A DNA stretch of 64,000 nucleotides from Myxococcota bacterium. Lineage in GTDB: Bacteria > Myxococcota_A > Polyangia > Nannocystales > Nannocystaceae. The notes below the pieces were generated by a model, which saw only the letters and a program-made list of their open reading frames with translations, was not told where the DNA came from and did not search any database. Location: contig JBCCHT010000027.1 in assembly GCA_039028615.1 (NCBI GenBank), forward strand, positions 128,001 through 192,000. Direction: 5' to 3'. Made by a program: the position numbers and the translations under genes. The first letter of the stretch is position 1. Every line of letters starts with the position of its first letter. This document shows positions 23,174-33,582 of the stretch, piece after piece.

Positions 23174-26100
23174 ATGCGCCGGTTCATACATCTGCTGACC
23201 TGGTCGTTCTTTCTCTTGGTTGCCTGTGCGGCCACGAAACCCAATCGCAAGGGCCCGCAAGGTATCCAGGCGAAGGGGCCGATGTCCCCCGAGACCTTCG
23301 CGGGGCTGGCGTTGCGGAGCATCGGCCCGGCGTTCATGTCCGGTCGCATCGCGGACGTCGCCTTCGACCCGGACGACCCCAACGTCTGGTACGTGGGAGT
23401 CGGCTCGGGCGGAGTGTGGAAGACCGACAATGCGGGCACGACCTGGAGCCCGATCTTCGACGGCCAGGGGTCATACTCCATCGGCTGCATCACGATCGAT
23501 CCGTCGAACCCCCACGTGGTGTGGGTGGGCACGGGGGAGAACGTGGGCGGTCGACACGTTGCGTACGGTGACGGGGTGTACCGGTCCGGGGACGGCGGCA
23601 AGTCGTGGGACAACGTCGGCCTCGCTCGCAGCGAGCACATCTCCAAGATCATCGTGCACCCCGAGGACCCGAACACCGTGTGGGTCGCCGCGCAGGGGCC
23701 CCTGTGGTCGTCGGGCGGAGAGCGAGGCCTGTACAAGACGACCGATGGAGGAAAGATCTGGACGCAGGTGCTCAGCGCGGGACCATGGACCGGCGTGACG
23801 GACCTGGTCATCGACCCACGAGATCCGGACGTGCTGTATGCGGCAACGTGGCAACGTCACCGGACCGTTGCGGCCTACGTGGGCGGCGGACCCGAGTCCG
23901 GCATTCACAAGTCCGAAGACGGGGGCAAGACGTGGACTCGCCTGGTGCGAGGCCTGCCTGGCGACCCGAAGCGAAAGATCGAGCCGGATCCGGCGCGCAA
24001 GGACCAGCTGCGACCCCCCGCAAAGCCCATCGATGACGGCAACATGGGCAAGATCGGCCTGGCGATCTCACCGCAGAATCCCGACGTGCTCTACGCGGCG
24101 ATCGAGCTCGACCGGCGGACGGGGAGCGTGTTCAGGTCGACCGATCGGGGTGCATCCTGGGAGAAGCGCTCGGATACGGTCGCGGGCGGCACCGGGCCTC
24201 ACTACTACCAGGAGCTCTACGCGTCGCCCCACGCCGAGGGCCGCATCTACCTGGCCGATGTGCGCATGCGAGTCTCGGACGACGGCGGCAAGACGTTTCG
24301 CATCATGTCCGAGGAGTTCAAACACTCCGACAATCACGCGATGGTCTTCCGTGCCGACGATCCCGACTACATGATGGTCGGCACCGACGGTGGCCTGTAT
24401 GAGAGCTTCGACCTGGCCAAGAACTGGCGGTTCGTCGACAACCTCCCCATCACGCAGATTTACAAGGTGGCGCTCGACGATGCCGCGCCGTTTTACAACG
24501 TCTACGGCGGTACCCAGGACAACAACACGCAAGGTGGCCCCTCTCGTACGGACAGCGCCCACGGGATTCGCAACGCGGACTGGCGAGTGGTGCTGGGCGG
24601 CGATGGACACCAGCCCGCGACGGAGCCGGGCAACCCCGACATCATGTACGCCGAGTCGCAGCAGGGGCACCTGTACCGCGTGGACACGACGACGGGTGAG
24701 CGCGTATTCATCCAGCCCCAGGGCGCGCCGGGTGACCCCGCGGACCGCTTCAACTGGGACTCTCCCATTCTCGTCAGCCCCCACGAGTCCTCCCGCTTGT
24801 TCTTTGCATCCCAGCGCGTGTGGATGTCGGAGAACCGGGGCGACTCGTGGACGCCGGTCTCGGGCGACCTGACGAGGAACGAAGAGCGGCTGATGACGCC
24901 GCATATGGGCCGCAAGTGGAGCTACGACGCCCCCTGGGACCTGTATGCGATGTCCCAGTACAACACGATCACCTCGCTGGCCCAGTCTCCTCTCGAGTCC
25001 GGTCTGCTCTACGCGGGTACCGACGACGGTCTCATTCAAATCTCCGAAAACGGTGGAAAGAGCTGGCGAGAGATCGATGTCAGCTCGCTGCCGGGTGTCC
25101 CCGAGAGGGCCTTCGTCAACGACATCAAGGCCGATCTGTTCGACGCCGACACCGTGTACGTCGCGCTCGACAACCACAAAAGCGGTGACTTCAGGCCCTA
25201 TCTGGCGGTCAGTCGCGATCGCGGAAAGAGCTGGCGCTCGATCGTGGGTAACCTACCGGATCGCCACCTGGTGTGGCGAGTCGTGCAGGACCACGTCCGC
25301 AAGGACCTGTTGTTCGCGGGGACCGAGTTCGGGGTGTTCTTCACCGTGGATGGAGGCCGCACGTGGATCGAGCTCACGGGGGGGACGCCCACCATCTCGT
25401 TCCGGGATCTCGCCATTCAGCGGCGCGAGAGCGACTTGGTCGGCGCGACGTTCGGCCGTGGATTTTGGATCCTCGACGACTACTCCCCGCTTCGCCAGGT
25501 CGACGCCAAAGCACTGAGCAAGCCCGCGCTGCTGTTCTCTCCGCGGCGAGCGCTGTGGTACATCGAGCGGCAGAACATGGCTTCGCGGCGCGAGAAGAAG
25601 GCGTCGCAGGGTAACGGGTACTACGCGGCCGACAACCCGCCGTTCGGGGCCGCGCTCACGTACTACCTGGCGCAGGATCTGACGACCCGTAACCGCACTC
25701 GACGCACGAAGGAAATGGAACGTGCGGCGCAGGGCAAGGACACGCCGTTCGCGGGATGGGACGCGATCGATGGCGAGAAACGCGAGCGAGAGCCCGCCAT
25801 CATCCTGACCGTGCGTGACGCGAAGGGCGAGGTCGTGCGGCGCCTCTACGGTCCCACGACCGCTGGCATCCATCGCGTGACCTGGGATCTTCGTCTACCC
25901 GCCGAGGCCGCACTCGGGCTGAAGCCCTCCTACGCGTACGCGAAGCCGGAGAAGCCCGAGGGGTTCCTGGTCGGTCCAGGGCACTACACCGTGACCCTCT
26001 CGCAGCGACACGACGGCAAGACGGTGGAGCTCGCAGGCCCCGTCGACCTGGAGGTGGTGCCGATGCGCAAGGGCGGAGCGCTTCCGGGAGCCGATCCGAA

Positions 26101-26587
26101 GGTGGTCGCCGCGTTCTGGAAGCGCGTCGCGATGCTCTCGCGCAGCATGTCGGCAGCCTCCCAATCCATGAAGGACACCCACGAGCGCCTGCAGAAGCTC
26201 GAGCAGGCGCTCGATCGCTCGCTCGCCGAGTCGGGCCAGTTCGACGACGAACTCGACGCGCTGCGCACGACCCTCGAGGACCTTCGCGAGACCCTCTACG
26301 GCAGCCCGACGAAGGGAGAGCTACGCAAGCCGGAGCCTCCGACCGTCAGCAGCCGCCTGAGCTTCGCGGCGGAGGGCACCCGCGGCTCCACCTACGGACC
26401 GACCCCCGCCCACGAAGAAAACCTGCGGCTCGCCGAGCAGGGGTTCGAAGACGTACGCAAGCGGCTGAACCGGCTCACCCAGGAGCAGCTGCCTGCGTTC
26501 GAGAAGCGCCTGCAAGACGCCGGTGCCCCGTGGTCGAGCGGCCAGCCGATCCCCAGCCCCGGGCAGGTGCAGGGAACCCGTCGGTGA
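23174..26587 (+). CDS. BNR/Asp-box (VPS10/sortilin-like) beta-propeller glycosyl hydrolase
   Basis: Many SxDxGxTW Asp boxes; IGPAFMSGRIAD N-terminus; coiled-coil C-terminus. Confidence 0.88.
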   Translation: MRRFIHLLTWSFFLLVACAATKPNRKGPQGIQAKGPMSPETFAGLALRSIGPAFMSGRIADVAFDPDDPNVWYVGVGSGGVWKTDNAGTTWSPIFDGQGSYSIGCITIDPSNPHVVWVGTGENVGGRHVAYGDGVYRSGDGGKSWDNVGLARSEHISKIIVHPEDPNTVWVAAQGPLWSSGGERGLYKTTDGGKIWTQVLSAGPWTGVTDLVIDPRDPDVLYAATWQRHRTVAAYVGGGPESGIHKSEDGGKTWTRLVRGLPGDPKRKIEPDPARKDQLRPPAKPIDDGNMGKIGLAISPQNPDVLYAAIELDRRTGSVFRSTDRGASWEKRSDTVAGGTGPHYYQELYASPHAEGRIYLADVRMRVSDDGGKTFRIMSEEFKHSDNHAMVFRADDPDYMMVGTDGGLYESFDLAKNWRFVDNLPITQIYKVALDDAAPFYNVYGGTQDNNTQGGPSRTDSAHGIRNADWRVVLGGDGHQPATEPGNPDIMYAESQQGHLYRVDTTTGERVFIQPQGAPGDPADRFNWDSPILVSPHESSRLFFASQRVWMSENRGDSWTPVSGDLTRNEERLMTPHMGRKWSYDAPWDLYAMSQYNTITSLAQSPLESGLLYAGTDDGLIQISENGGKSWREIDVSSLPGVPERAFVNDIKADLFDADTVYVALDNHKSGDFRPYLAVSRDRGKSWRSIVGNLPDRHLVWRVVQDHVRKDLLFAGTEFGVFFTVDGGRTWIELTGGTPTISFRDLAIQRRESDLVGATFGRGFWILDDYSPLRQVDAKALSKPALLFSPRRALWYIERQNMASRREKKASQGNGYYAADNPPFGAALTYYLAQDLTTRNRTRRTKEMERAAQGKDTPFAGWDAIDGEKREREPAIILTVRDAKGEVVRRLYGPTTAGIHRVTWDLRLPAEAALGLKPSYAYAKPEKPEGFLVGPGHYTVTLSQRHDGKTVELAGPVDLEVVPMRKGGALPGADPKVVAAFWKRVAMLSRSMSAASQSMKDTHERLQKLEQALDRSLAESGQFDDELDALRTTLEDLRETLYGSPTKGELRKPEPPTVSSRLSFAAEGTRGSTYGPTPAHEENLRLAEQGFEDVRKRLNRLTQEQLPAFEKRLQDAGAPWSSGQPIPSPGQVQGTRR

Positions 26588-26773
26588 CGACGACTTGAGC
26601 CCGCGGGGCGGCCGGGGGCGGCTCACTGCCTGACGCGCCAGGCGGTGACGCCCCCCGGGCACGATCGCAGCGCCGACGGACTTGCCTCGCCGAGGATGTA
26701 GCGACGGACGTTCGACCGCAGGCGCGGGCATCGGGAGGGCAGCGACGGTGAGTCTCTCCGTGGCGGCCGCTCG

Positions 26774-27580
26774 TCAGCCCACGGGGGGAAAGCACGGGAA
26801 CTTGATCACCCCGTCGACCTCGCCCCAGTTGAGGCTGACGGGCAACGACCGCATTCCGAGCGGGGCCAGGATGCGATTGACGCTGTCGATGTCGGCGGGG
26901 GTGAGATAGCCGCCGCCCGGCGTCGCGTATTCGGAGCTCACCACCAAGCCTCCACCCGCGTCGGTGAACTCGAGCACGGTCTGCAGCTCGGCGTTGCTCG
27001 GCTGCTCGCCTCCGTCGAGGTAGGCCGACTCCTCGAAGTAGATGACCACGTCGTAGTCGTCGGCGAGGAGCGCGGGGGCGCCGACGTAGCGGGCCGGGAG
27101 GTGGATGGAGGCGGGGAACACGTGGTCGCCGAGCTCGATCTCGTCGGCCCAGCCGAAGGCGAGCAGCCGGGGCTCGGGCTCGTACCCACCCGCCAGCCAC
27201 GGAAGCAGGGGGCACTCGGTTACTTCTTGCAGAGGCAGCGAGCTGTCGGCGGCGGCGATGAAGCGGCCCCGGCCGAACGTGCCCATCGCATACACGACGC
27301 TTCCCTCGAGCTCCGCGGTGGCGAACACCTGCTCGCCCGTGACTTCGAGCTGCCCCGACTGCATGGAGTCGATTTGCACCGAGCAATCGACACACTCCCC
27401 CGGGCCCGCAGGGCCCACGTCGAGCACTGGCATGGAACCCGAACTCGAGGGGTCGTCCTCGCCGGTACTCTGCGACGGGGTCGCGGGGCCCGTGCTGGCG
27501 GCAGGGGGCAGCATGGGCTCGGAAGCGACCGTGCAGGCGACACTCGCGAGTAGCAGTGAACCGACGACGAGCCGCACCAT
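26774..27580 (-). CDS. Hypothetical lipoprotein
   Basis: Lipobox SVAC; 268 aa. Confidence 0.6.
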   Translation of the reverse strand: MVRLVVGSLLLASVACTVASEPMLPPAASTGPATPSQSTGEDDPSSSGSMPVLDVGPAGPGECVDCSVQIDSMQSGQLEVTGEQVFATAELEGSVVYAMGTFGRGRFIAAADSSLPLQEVTECPLLPWLAGGYEPEPRLLAFGWADEIELGDHVFPASIHLPARYVGAPALLADDYDVVIYFEESAYLDGGEQPSNAELQTVLEFTDAGGGLVVSSEYATPGGGYLTPADIDSVNRILAPLGMRSLPVSLNWGEVDGVIKFPCFPPVG

Positions 27581-27752
27581 CCCATTTCCTTGGTGTCGGG
27601 ACCGCTGCGGAAGGTTTCGCCGCCGATGCGACCAAGATGGTCACCCACTGCACCGAAAAATGGTTGATGATCGGAGTCGATCGAGTTGGCGGTCCGAACT
27701 ATGCGACGATGGCCATCGTACTGAAGTCACCACTTCACCCTCGTACGTCGAC

Positions 27753-30700
27753 ATGAACGACGACCTCAGCAACCAGAGCACGTTGGCGGGAGACCTCTCC
27801 ACCGAAGTCCCCGCCACGGAGCATTCCAAGGGGCACCGCGTCGAGGTCGAGAGCCCGGCGCAACTCGTCGGTCGACGCTACGGTCGCTACGTGGTGCTCA
27901 GCGTGCTCGGTCACGGTGGGATGGGCATCGTCCTCGAGGGCTATGACGAAGAGCTGGACCGTCGGGTCGCGCTCAAGCTCCTGCACGACCATCTGGGCAG
28001 GCGGCACCGGGACCGCCTGCGACGGGAAGCCCAGGCGATGGCGAAGCTCTCGCACCCCAACGTCGTGCAGGTCTACGAGGTCGGGGACGCCGACGGCCAG
28101 ACGTTCGTAGCAATGGAGCTGTTGCGGGGCCCGACGGTACGGTCGTGGATGGAACAGGAGCCACGGCCGGGCTGGCGAGCGAGTGTCGAAGTGTTCGTGC
28201 AGCTGGGAGCGGGCTTGGCCGCCGCGCACGAGCGAGACTTGGTGCATCGAGACTTCAAGCCGGACAACGCGATGCTCGACGAGGACGGGCGGGCTCGGGT
28301 GCTCGACTTCGGGCTGGTGCGGCAGTGGGGGGACGAGGATTTCGAGTCTTCGACCGCCGCGGACTCCAACGGCTCGGACTCGATGTCCGCTCGAGAAGGC
28401 TCGCTGACCAAGACGGGAGCGCTGCTGGGGACGCCCGCGTACATGTCCCCCGAGCAAATGAGCGGAGCCGCGGTCGATGCTCGAAGCGACCAGTTCAACT
28501 TCTGCGTGGCGCTATACGAGGCGGTGTACGGCGAGCGGCCCTACGAGGGGGACTCGGTGGCGCAATTGATCACGTCGATGGAGCGCGAGTCGTTGCGCGG
28601 GGCGCCCCCCAAGAGCAGCGTGCCCGCGCGGCTGCGCCGGGTGTTGAGCCGCGGGCTGGCCTACGATCCGGCGCAGCGCTGGCCATCGATGGAAGCCCTG
28701 CTCGCTGAGCTGCGGGTGCAGATTGCCCCACGAGGTCGGGCCCGTACCACGCTCGCGGTGGGAGTGCTGGCGCTCGGCCTGGGAGGAAGCTGGGCGTTTG
28801 CGGAATATGTGCAGGTCAAGGACCGGTGCACGGGCGCGGAGGCGAAGCTGGACGGGGTCTGGGACGATGAACGCCGGGCCACGGTGAAGACCGCGATCCT
28901 GAATACCGCGCTGCCCTATGCACCGGACACCGTGGAGCGAGTGGAGGCGCGGCTGGATGCCGTTGCCGCGGCGTGGGTGGACAAGCACACCGAGGTCTGC
29001 GAGGCGACCGCAGTGCGGCAGGAGCAATCGGCTCAGACGCTGGAGCTGCGGATGGGGTGCCTGCAACAGCAGGCCTCTGAAGTCCGCGCCGCGGTCGACG
29101 TGCTCGCCAATGCAGACGCCACCGTGGTGCCCAACGCGATCACCCTGGCGTCCGGGTTGCCCGATGCCAGCCGATGCGACGACGTCGAGGCGCTGCGGGC
29201 TACGGTTGCGCCGCCCGAGCCCGCGAAGCAGGCCGAGGTGGAGGCGCTGCGCGGGCGCCTACAAGAGCTACGCGCGGAGCAGGACGCGGGACGCTACGCG
29301 GTCGCATTGAAGCAGATCGAGCCGGTGGTGGCCGCAGCCACAGACCTGGACTATGCGCCGCTGGTGGCCGAGGTCATGCAGCGACGGGGATCGCTGCAGC
29401 GAAGCAACGGTCACCACGACGCCGCGGAGAAGGACCTGCGCAAGGCCTACGCACTCGCGATCGAGCATCAACACGACGCCGCCGCCCTCGACGCGGTCGC
29501 GGAGCTGACCTTCGTCGTCGGCAGTACGATGGCCCGGTTCTCCGAGGGCCGGGTTTGGGGCGAGACGGCGATGGCCCACGCCCGACGGAGTCGGGACGAC
29601 GAGGAGCTCGCATCCGCCTTCCACACGATGGGCGCCGTGCTCTACACCGAGGGCGACTATGAGGGCTCCATGCGCCACAACGAACGCGCAGTGGAACTCG
29701 TGGAGCGGGCACGGGGCCCCGAGCATTTCGAGGCCGCGCCCTTCGTCAGCAGCATCGGCAACGCGCTCACTGCGATCGGAAAGCACGAGGAAGCCACGCA
29801 GCAGTACGAGCGAGCGCTTCGCATTCTCGAGCAGGCACTGGGTCCAGATCATCCCACCGTCGCCGGAACTCTGAGCAACCTGGGGGTGGCGCTGCGCCGT
29901 CTCGGCGAACTCGACCGGGCCAAGGCGGTGACCGAACGCGCACTGAAAATCCGCGAGGATTCCCTCGGATCCGATCATGCTCTCACGGCCGGTACGTTGG
30001 CCAATTTGTGCGTGCTGCTCAATTTGCGGAATGACAACGAGCAAGCGCGGACCTGCCACGAGCGCGCGCTCCGGGCCACCGAGAACGCCCTGGGACCCAC
30101 GCACCCCGACGTCGCCCATTCCGCGACCAACCTGGCCATCACGCTGCAGCGGCTCGGTAAGGCCGAGCAAGCCGAGCCGCTGTTCGAGCGAGCATTGCGG
30201 GTCAAGGAGGAGGCACTGGGTCGCGAGCATCCCGATGTCGCCCTCGCCCTGGGCAACCTGGGCATGGTGCACTGGGGCCGCGGGGAGTATGCGAGTGCTC
30301 GGCCGCTATACGAACGAGCGCTGGCGATTCTCGAAGCAGAGCGGGGACCCGAACATCCGCAGGTTGCATCGACCGTGTCCACGCTCGGGGAGGTCTACCA
30401 ACGGCAAGGGGACGATGTGCGGGCACGGCAAATGCACGAGCGCGCGCTGGCGATCATGGAGAAGGCGCTCGGACCGGACGATCCGAAGCTGGCCAAATAC
30501 ATGCACAGCCTCGGGATGGTGCTGCTCGATCTGGGCGAGCGGGACGAGGCCAGGGCGTATTGGGAACGGGCGGTCGGGCTATCGCCGGAGCCGGAGAAAG
30601 ACCCCGTGGACCTGGCGTATCCGCTGGTGGAGCTGGCGAAGCTCGCGGTCGCCGACGGGCAGATGTCACAGGCGCGTGGGTACGCCGAGCGGGCAGTGGC

Positions 30701-30920
30701 GATTCGGGAGAAACACGAGGCGGACGCGATGCCGTTGGCGATCGCCCGGTTCACGCTGGCGCGAGCCCTGTGGGTAACCCCGGGGGAACGAGTGCGGGCG
30801 CGAGCGCTGGCGCGAGAGGCTCGGGAAGTGCTCGAGCCAAGCGAAGAGCATGACGAGCAGGTGCAGGAGATCGAGCGTTGGCTGCAGCGCCACGGCTCGC
30901 CGGCCAGAGCCCGAGGCTGA
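27753..30920 (+). CDS. Ser/Thr protein kinase with TM and TPR repeats
   Basis: GHGGMG, HRDFKPDN, DFG, GTPAYMSPE; kinesin-light-chain-like TPRs. Confidence 0.93.
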   Translation: MNDDLSNQSTLAGDLSTEVPATEHSKGHRVEVESPAQLVGRRYGRYVVLSVLGHGGMGIVLEGYDEELDRRVALKLLHDHLGRRHRDRLRREAQAMAKLSHPNVVQVYEVGDADGQTFVAMELLRGPTVRSWMEQEPRPGWRASVEVFVQLGAGLAAAHERDLVHRDFKPDNAMLDEDGRARVLDFGLVRQWGDEDFESSTAADSNGSDSMSAREGSLTKTGALLGTPAYMSPEQMSGAAVDARSDQFNFCVALYEAVYGERPYEGDSVAQLITSMERESLRGAPPKSSVPARLRRVLSRGLAYDPAQRWPSMEALLAELRVQIAPRGRARTTLAVGVLALGLGGSWAFAEYVQVKDRCTGAEAKLDGVWDDERRATVKTAILNTALPYAPDTVERVEARLDAVAAAWVDKHTEVCEATAVRQEQSAQTLELRMGCLQQQASEVRAAVDVLANADATVVPNAITLASGLPDASRCDDVEALRATVAPPEPAKQAEVEALRGRLQELRAEQDAGRYAVALKQIEPVVAAATDLDYAPLVAEVMQRRGSLQRSNGHHDAAEKDLRKAYALAIEHQHDAAALDAVAELTFVVGSTMARFSEGRVWGETAMAHARRSRDDEELASAFHTMGAVLYTEGDYEGSMRHNERAVELVERARGPEHFEAAPFVSSIGNALTAIGKHEEATQQYERALRILEQALGPDHPTVAGTLSNLGVALRRLGELDRAKAVTERALKIREDSLGSDHALTAGTLANLCVLLNLRNDNEQARTCHERALRATENALGPTHPDVAHSATNLAITLQRLGKAEQAEPLFERALRVKEEALGREHPDVALALGNLGMVHWGRGEYASARPLYERALAILEAERGPEHPQVASTVSTLGEVYQRQGDDVRARQMHERALAIMEKALGPDDPKLAKYMHSLGMVLLDLGERDEARAYWERAVGLSPEPEKDPVDLAYPLVELAKLAVADGQMSQARGYAERAVAIREKHEADAMPLAIARFTLARALWVTPGERVRARALAREAREVLEPSEEHDEQVQEIERWLQRHGSPARARG

Positions 30921-31050
30921 CACTCGAGGTCAACGGCACAGTCGCTCTCGAACGCTGCGGGGGCACGGCGGTGAACTTGGTCCGCCACACGAGCGCCTCG
31001 AAGCACGACCCAGTGCGACCGGAGCTCGAATTTATTTGTCACCGACTTGC

Positions 31051-31079
31051 TTGACGAGGCCCCGCTCGTGCCCTAAAGA
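31051..31079 (+). promoter_or_regulatory. Putative sigma70 promoter of tRNA locus 1
   Basis: TTGACG-N17-TAAAGA with AT-rich upstream sequence. Confidence 0.5.
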
Positions 31080-31087
31080 CAAAGAAC

Positions 31088-31251
31088 CGCGTCACTTCGA
31101 CGCGTGCATTCGTCATGAACCGCTCCGCGCAGACTCATCGCCACCATCATGTGGTGATCGTGCATTCGATGCACGATATCTGCCCGTGTTGAGCGGTTCC
31201 CGGCGTTTGTACCCAACTTGATGGACTTCGCCGGGCCTCTCGGCACGGGCG
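31088..31251 (+). promoter_or_regulatory. Structured leader with alternative helices (attenuator-like)
   Basis: 31117-25 pairs with 31191-99, versus 31181-93 with 31239-51 plus 31199-205 with 31229-35. Confidence 0.6.
31115..31192 (+). CDS. Putative His-rich leader peptide MNRSAQTHRHHHVVIVHSMHDICPC
   Basis: Manual translation: 6 His and 1 Asp in 25 aa, upstream of tRNA-Asp/His; shares its stop-context motif with 44469..44564. Confidence 0.6.
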   Translation: MNRSAQTHRHHHVVIVHSMHDICPC

Positions 31252-31313
31252 ACCCCTCACCCATTCGTTGGCCATGTCGACCGAGCCCCATTTGGCTCGA
31301 AGACGGGGCCCAC

Positions 31314-31385
31314 GGGGTCGTGGCGCAGTGGTAGCGCACCCGGTTGTCAGCCGGAAGGTCGCGGGTTCGAATCCCGTCGGCCCCG
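31314..31385 (+). tRNA. tRNA-Asp(GUC), atypical
   Basis: Cloverleaf GGGGTCG/CGGCCCC, loop TT-GTC-AG, TTCGAAT, G73; C27-A43 mismatch; followed by CCG. Confidence 0.88.
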
Positions 31386-31447
31386 CCGAGTCGTTGTCTG
31401 TCGACTCTCACCATCTTCTTACTCAACCACTCAACGACAAACACATC

Positions 31448-31519
31448 ATGAACAACATCGAGCAATCCAACGGCGAGGACGACTCGACCCATCATCCGAT
31501 GGCGGGTGTAGCTCAGTAG
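31448..31519 (+). other. Spacer mini-ORF MNNIEQSNGEDDSTHHPMAGVAQ running into tRNA-His
   Basis: Starts in the ACATCATGAACA motif shared with spacers of the minus-strand array. Confidence 0.35.
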
Positions 31520-31577
31520 GTAGAGTGCCGGAATGTGACTCCGGTGGGCGCCGGTTCGAGCCCGGCCACTCGCCCCA
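31501..31577 (+). tRNA. tRNA-His(GUG)
   Basis: Cloverleaf with G-1:C73, loop AT-GTG-AC, encoded CCA. Confidence 0.92.
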
Positions 31578-31618
31578 CAAATTCCTCCCCATGCGGTCTC
31601 ATCGGCTGGCCACCTCGG

Positions 31619-32251
31619 CTAGATCCGAGGACCGCGAGACTTCGACCGGTCGTAGATGACCTCGGTCACCGCGTAGGTCGGCGTGTACTCCAGCACGTTC
31701 ACCACCGGGTTCTTCGCGCCCGAGAGGCCGTACACGGTCCTCAATCCCCGCAGCAATACATCGAGGTACAGGCGTTCGTAGAGGTTCTCGGGGTAGGTGA
31801 TCCGTCCGAGATTCCCGTTTTGGTTGCGCTCCAAGTGCTCGCGCTCGGTGCCGCGACGGAGCGCCCTCCAACGCTTCGATGCACCCCTGGACAGCCTACC
31901 GGGCGAAAGCACGGCAAAGATGACCCGATACAGCGGTCCTGAGAGCGTCGCGCGTAGGTTGCGTTCGCCCCAGTCGAGATAGTCCTCATCGCTCCCGAAG
32001 AACGCCTCCCGCAGCGTGCCGTTCAGCGCGATCATATGAGCCTCCGGCACCCACCCCGAAGGCAGCGGCAACGGATCGAACATGGCCTGCACCGGCTCCG
32101 GCAGCCGACTCAGGTCGAAGCCTTCGGGCGGGTTCTCGAGCACCCCGCGAACAAACGAGCCTTTGACCACCGCCTCGGGGTAGGAATCGAGGCCGTCGGG
32201 CAGCGTGCTCAGCCACTCGTCCGTCCGCGGAAAACCCTCGAACTGCCCCAC
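31619..32251 (-). CDS. Myxobacterial hypothetical protein (possibly DUF2378-like)
   Basis: LPDGLDSYPEAVVKGS; family recalled from memory; start uncertain. Confidence 0.5.
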   Translation of the reverse strand: MGQFEGFPRTDEWLSTLPDGLDSYPEAVVKGSFVRGVLENPPEGFDLSRLPEPVQAMFDPLPLPSGWVPEAHMIALNGTLREAFFGSDEDYLDWGERNLRATLSGPLYRVIFAVLSPGRLSRGASKRWRALRRGTEREHLERNQNGNLGRITYPENLYERLYLDVLLRGLRTVYGLSGAKNPVVNVLEYTPTYAVTEVIYDRSKSRGPRI

Positions 32252-32429
32252 CCGATCACGATACCGCGACGGCGACTTTTCCCTGTGGCCCGGGCCGGGC
32301 CATGGACCGCGGGTTTTCCCCGCGTTCATCGGCGGTTCTACTACAGCACTCGCGCCCAGCCATGGTTGGCAGTGATCTCGGGTTCGCAGATCATGCGAGA
32401 CCAGTCCGCGAGCAACACGGCACTGCCGA

Positions 32430-33380
32430 TCAGTCGGCGCGAAGCGTGCACGTGTCGAACCCCGCGCTCAGGATCTCGGCGTCGAGATCGAGCCCCAGAA
32501 TCACGAGCCGGCTCGTCCGATCGGCATCGGCCCAGGGCAGCCCCAGCGTGACCTCGATCGCCTCGCCGACCCCCTGGAGGATCACGCGTTCATCGACGCC
32601 ATGCACGGCGAGAATCCCCTTGATTCTCGCGATCTTCGTCTGAATCGCGCCCAGCGTGGTCTCCACCCAGTGCCCGAAGCGGTCCTCGTCCAGCTCCCCG
32701 TCGTGGACCAGGGACACGGCCTTGATCCCACGGTGTTGGCCTCGGGCTTCTTTCGGCACGACTCGAAGCACCCCGGCCCGCGCCGCGAGCAGTTCCTCGA
32801 GTGAGCCTGCGTTCGGATCGTCCAAGCGTCCTCTCCGCGCTCGCGCGAACACGGCTCCGGGGGCATAGGGGGTCAGCTCCTCCGCCCGCGCGGTCACATC
32901 TGATTCCGTGCACTCGTCCACATGCGACATCACGACGACATCCGCGAACCCGAGCTGCTCGATCGTCAGGTCGTACCGTAGCGCGCGGTGGGCCCGCGCC
33001 ACGTCGATGACTGTGACCACCCCGTCGAGTCGAAGCCGGTCCCGCGCCGTGCCCCAGGTGAGCGCTCGGATGACACCAGCGGGCGAGGCCGCCCCCGAGG
33101 TCTCGACCACGATCCGTGACGGCCGGGGCGTGGCGTGAGCGAAGCCGGTCAACGCGGCATCGAGCGCGGCCTGGGTCGTGCAGCACACGCAGCCCCCGGT
33201 GATCTCGAGGATCTGCGATGCACGCGAGGCCAACAGGGCCCCATCGATCCCGACCTCGCCCTGCTCGTTGACGATCACCGCCGTATCGGAAGGCAGAGCC
33301 AATAGCCAACGGTCGAGCAGCGTGGACTTGCCCGCTCCAAGAAAGCCCGTGACGACGGTGACGGGGATCGGCGAGTCCAC
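32430..33380 (-). CDS. COG0523/CobW-family GTPase metallochaperone
   Basis: GFLGAGKST, NEQG, GCVCC, ETSG, RIKG C-terminal domain. Confidence 0.9.
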   Translation of the reverse strand: MDSPIPVTVVTGFLGAGKSTLLDRWLLALPSDTAVIVNEQGEVGIDGALLASRASQILEITGGCVCCTTQAALDAALTGFAHATPRPSRIVVETSGAASPAGVIRALTWGTARDRLRLDGVVTVIDVARAHRALRYDLTIEQLGFADVVVMSHVDECTESDVTARAEELTPYAPGAVFARARRGRLDDPNAGSLEELLAARAGVLRVVPKEARGQHRGIKAVSLVHDGELDEDRFGHWVETTLGAIQTKIARIKGILAVHGVDERVILQGVGEAIEVTLGLPWADADRTSRLVILGLDLDAEILSAGFDTCTLRAD

Positions 33381-33582
33381 CTGGCCAGTTTAGCAAGCCA
33401 CGGTCGATGCTCGTAGGCGAAGGGAGCGCTGCGTCGTCCCGACGTCTCTGGCCGCTGCGGAGCCCTCTCGGGCACACGCGCCGCGATGGCCGGGCTCGGG
33501 CGTTCCACGTTGTCTAGATCGGGCAACACTGTGACGCCATTGGCCACTGCCGCCGTCGGGGTTCTCGCCGCACGCTCGGAGC

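Noticed and set aside
31115..31192. Classical hisL attenuator of a histidine biosynthesis operon
   Set aside because: No his genes downstream and no U-tract terminator; kept instead as a tRNA-locus leader.
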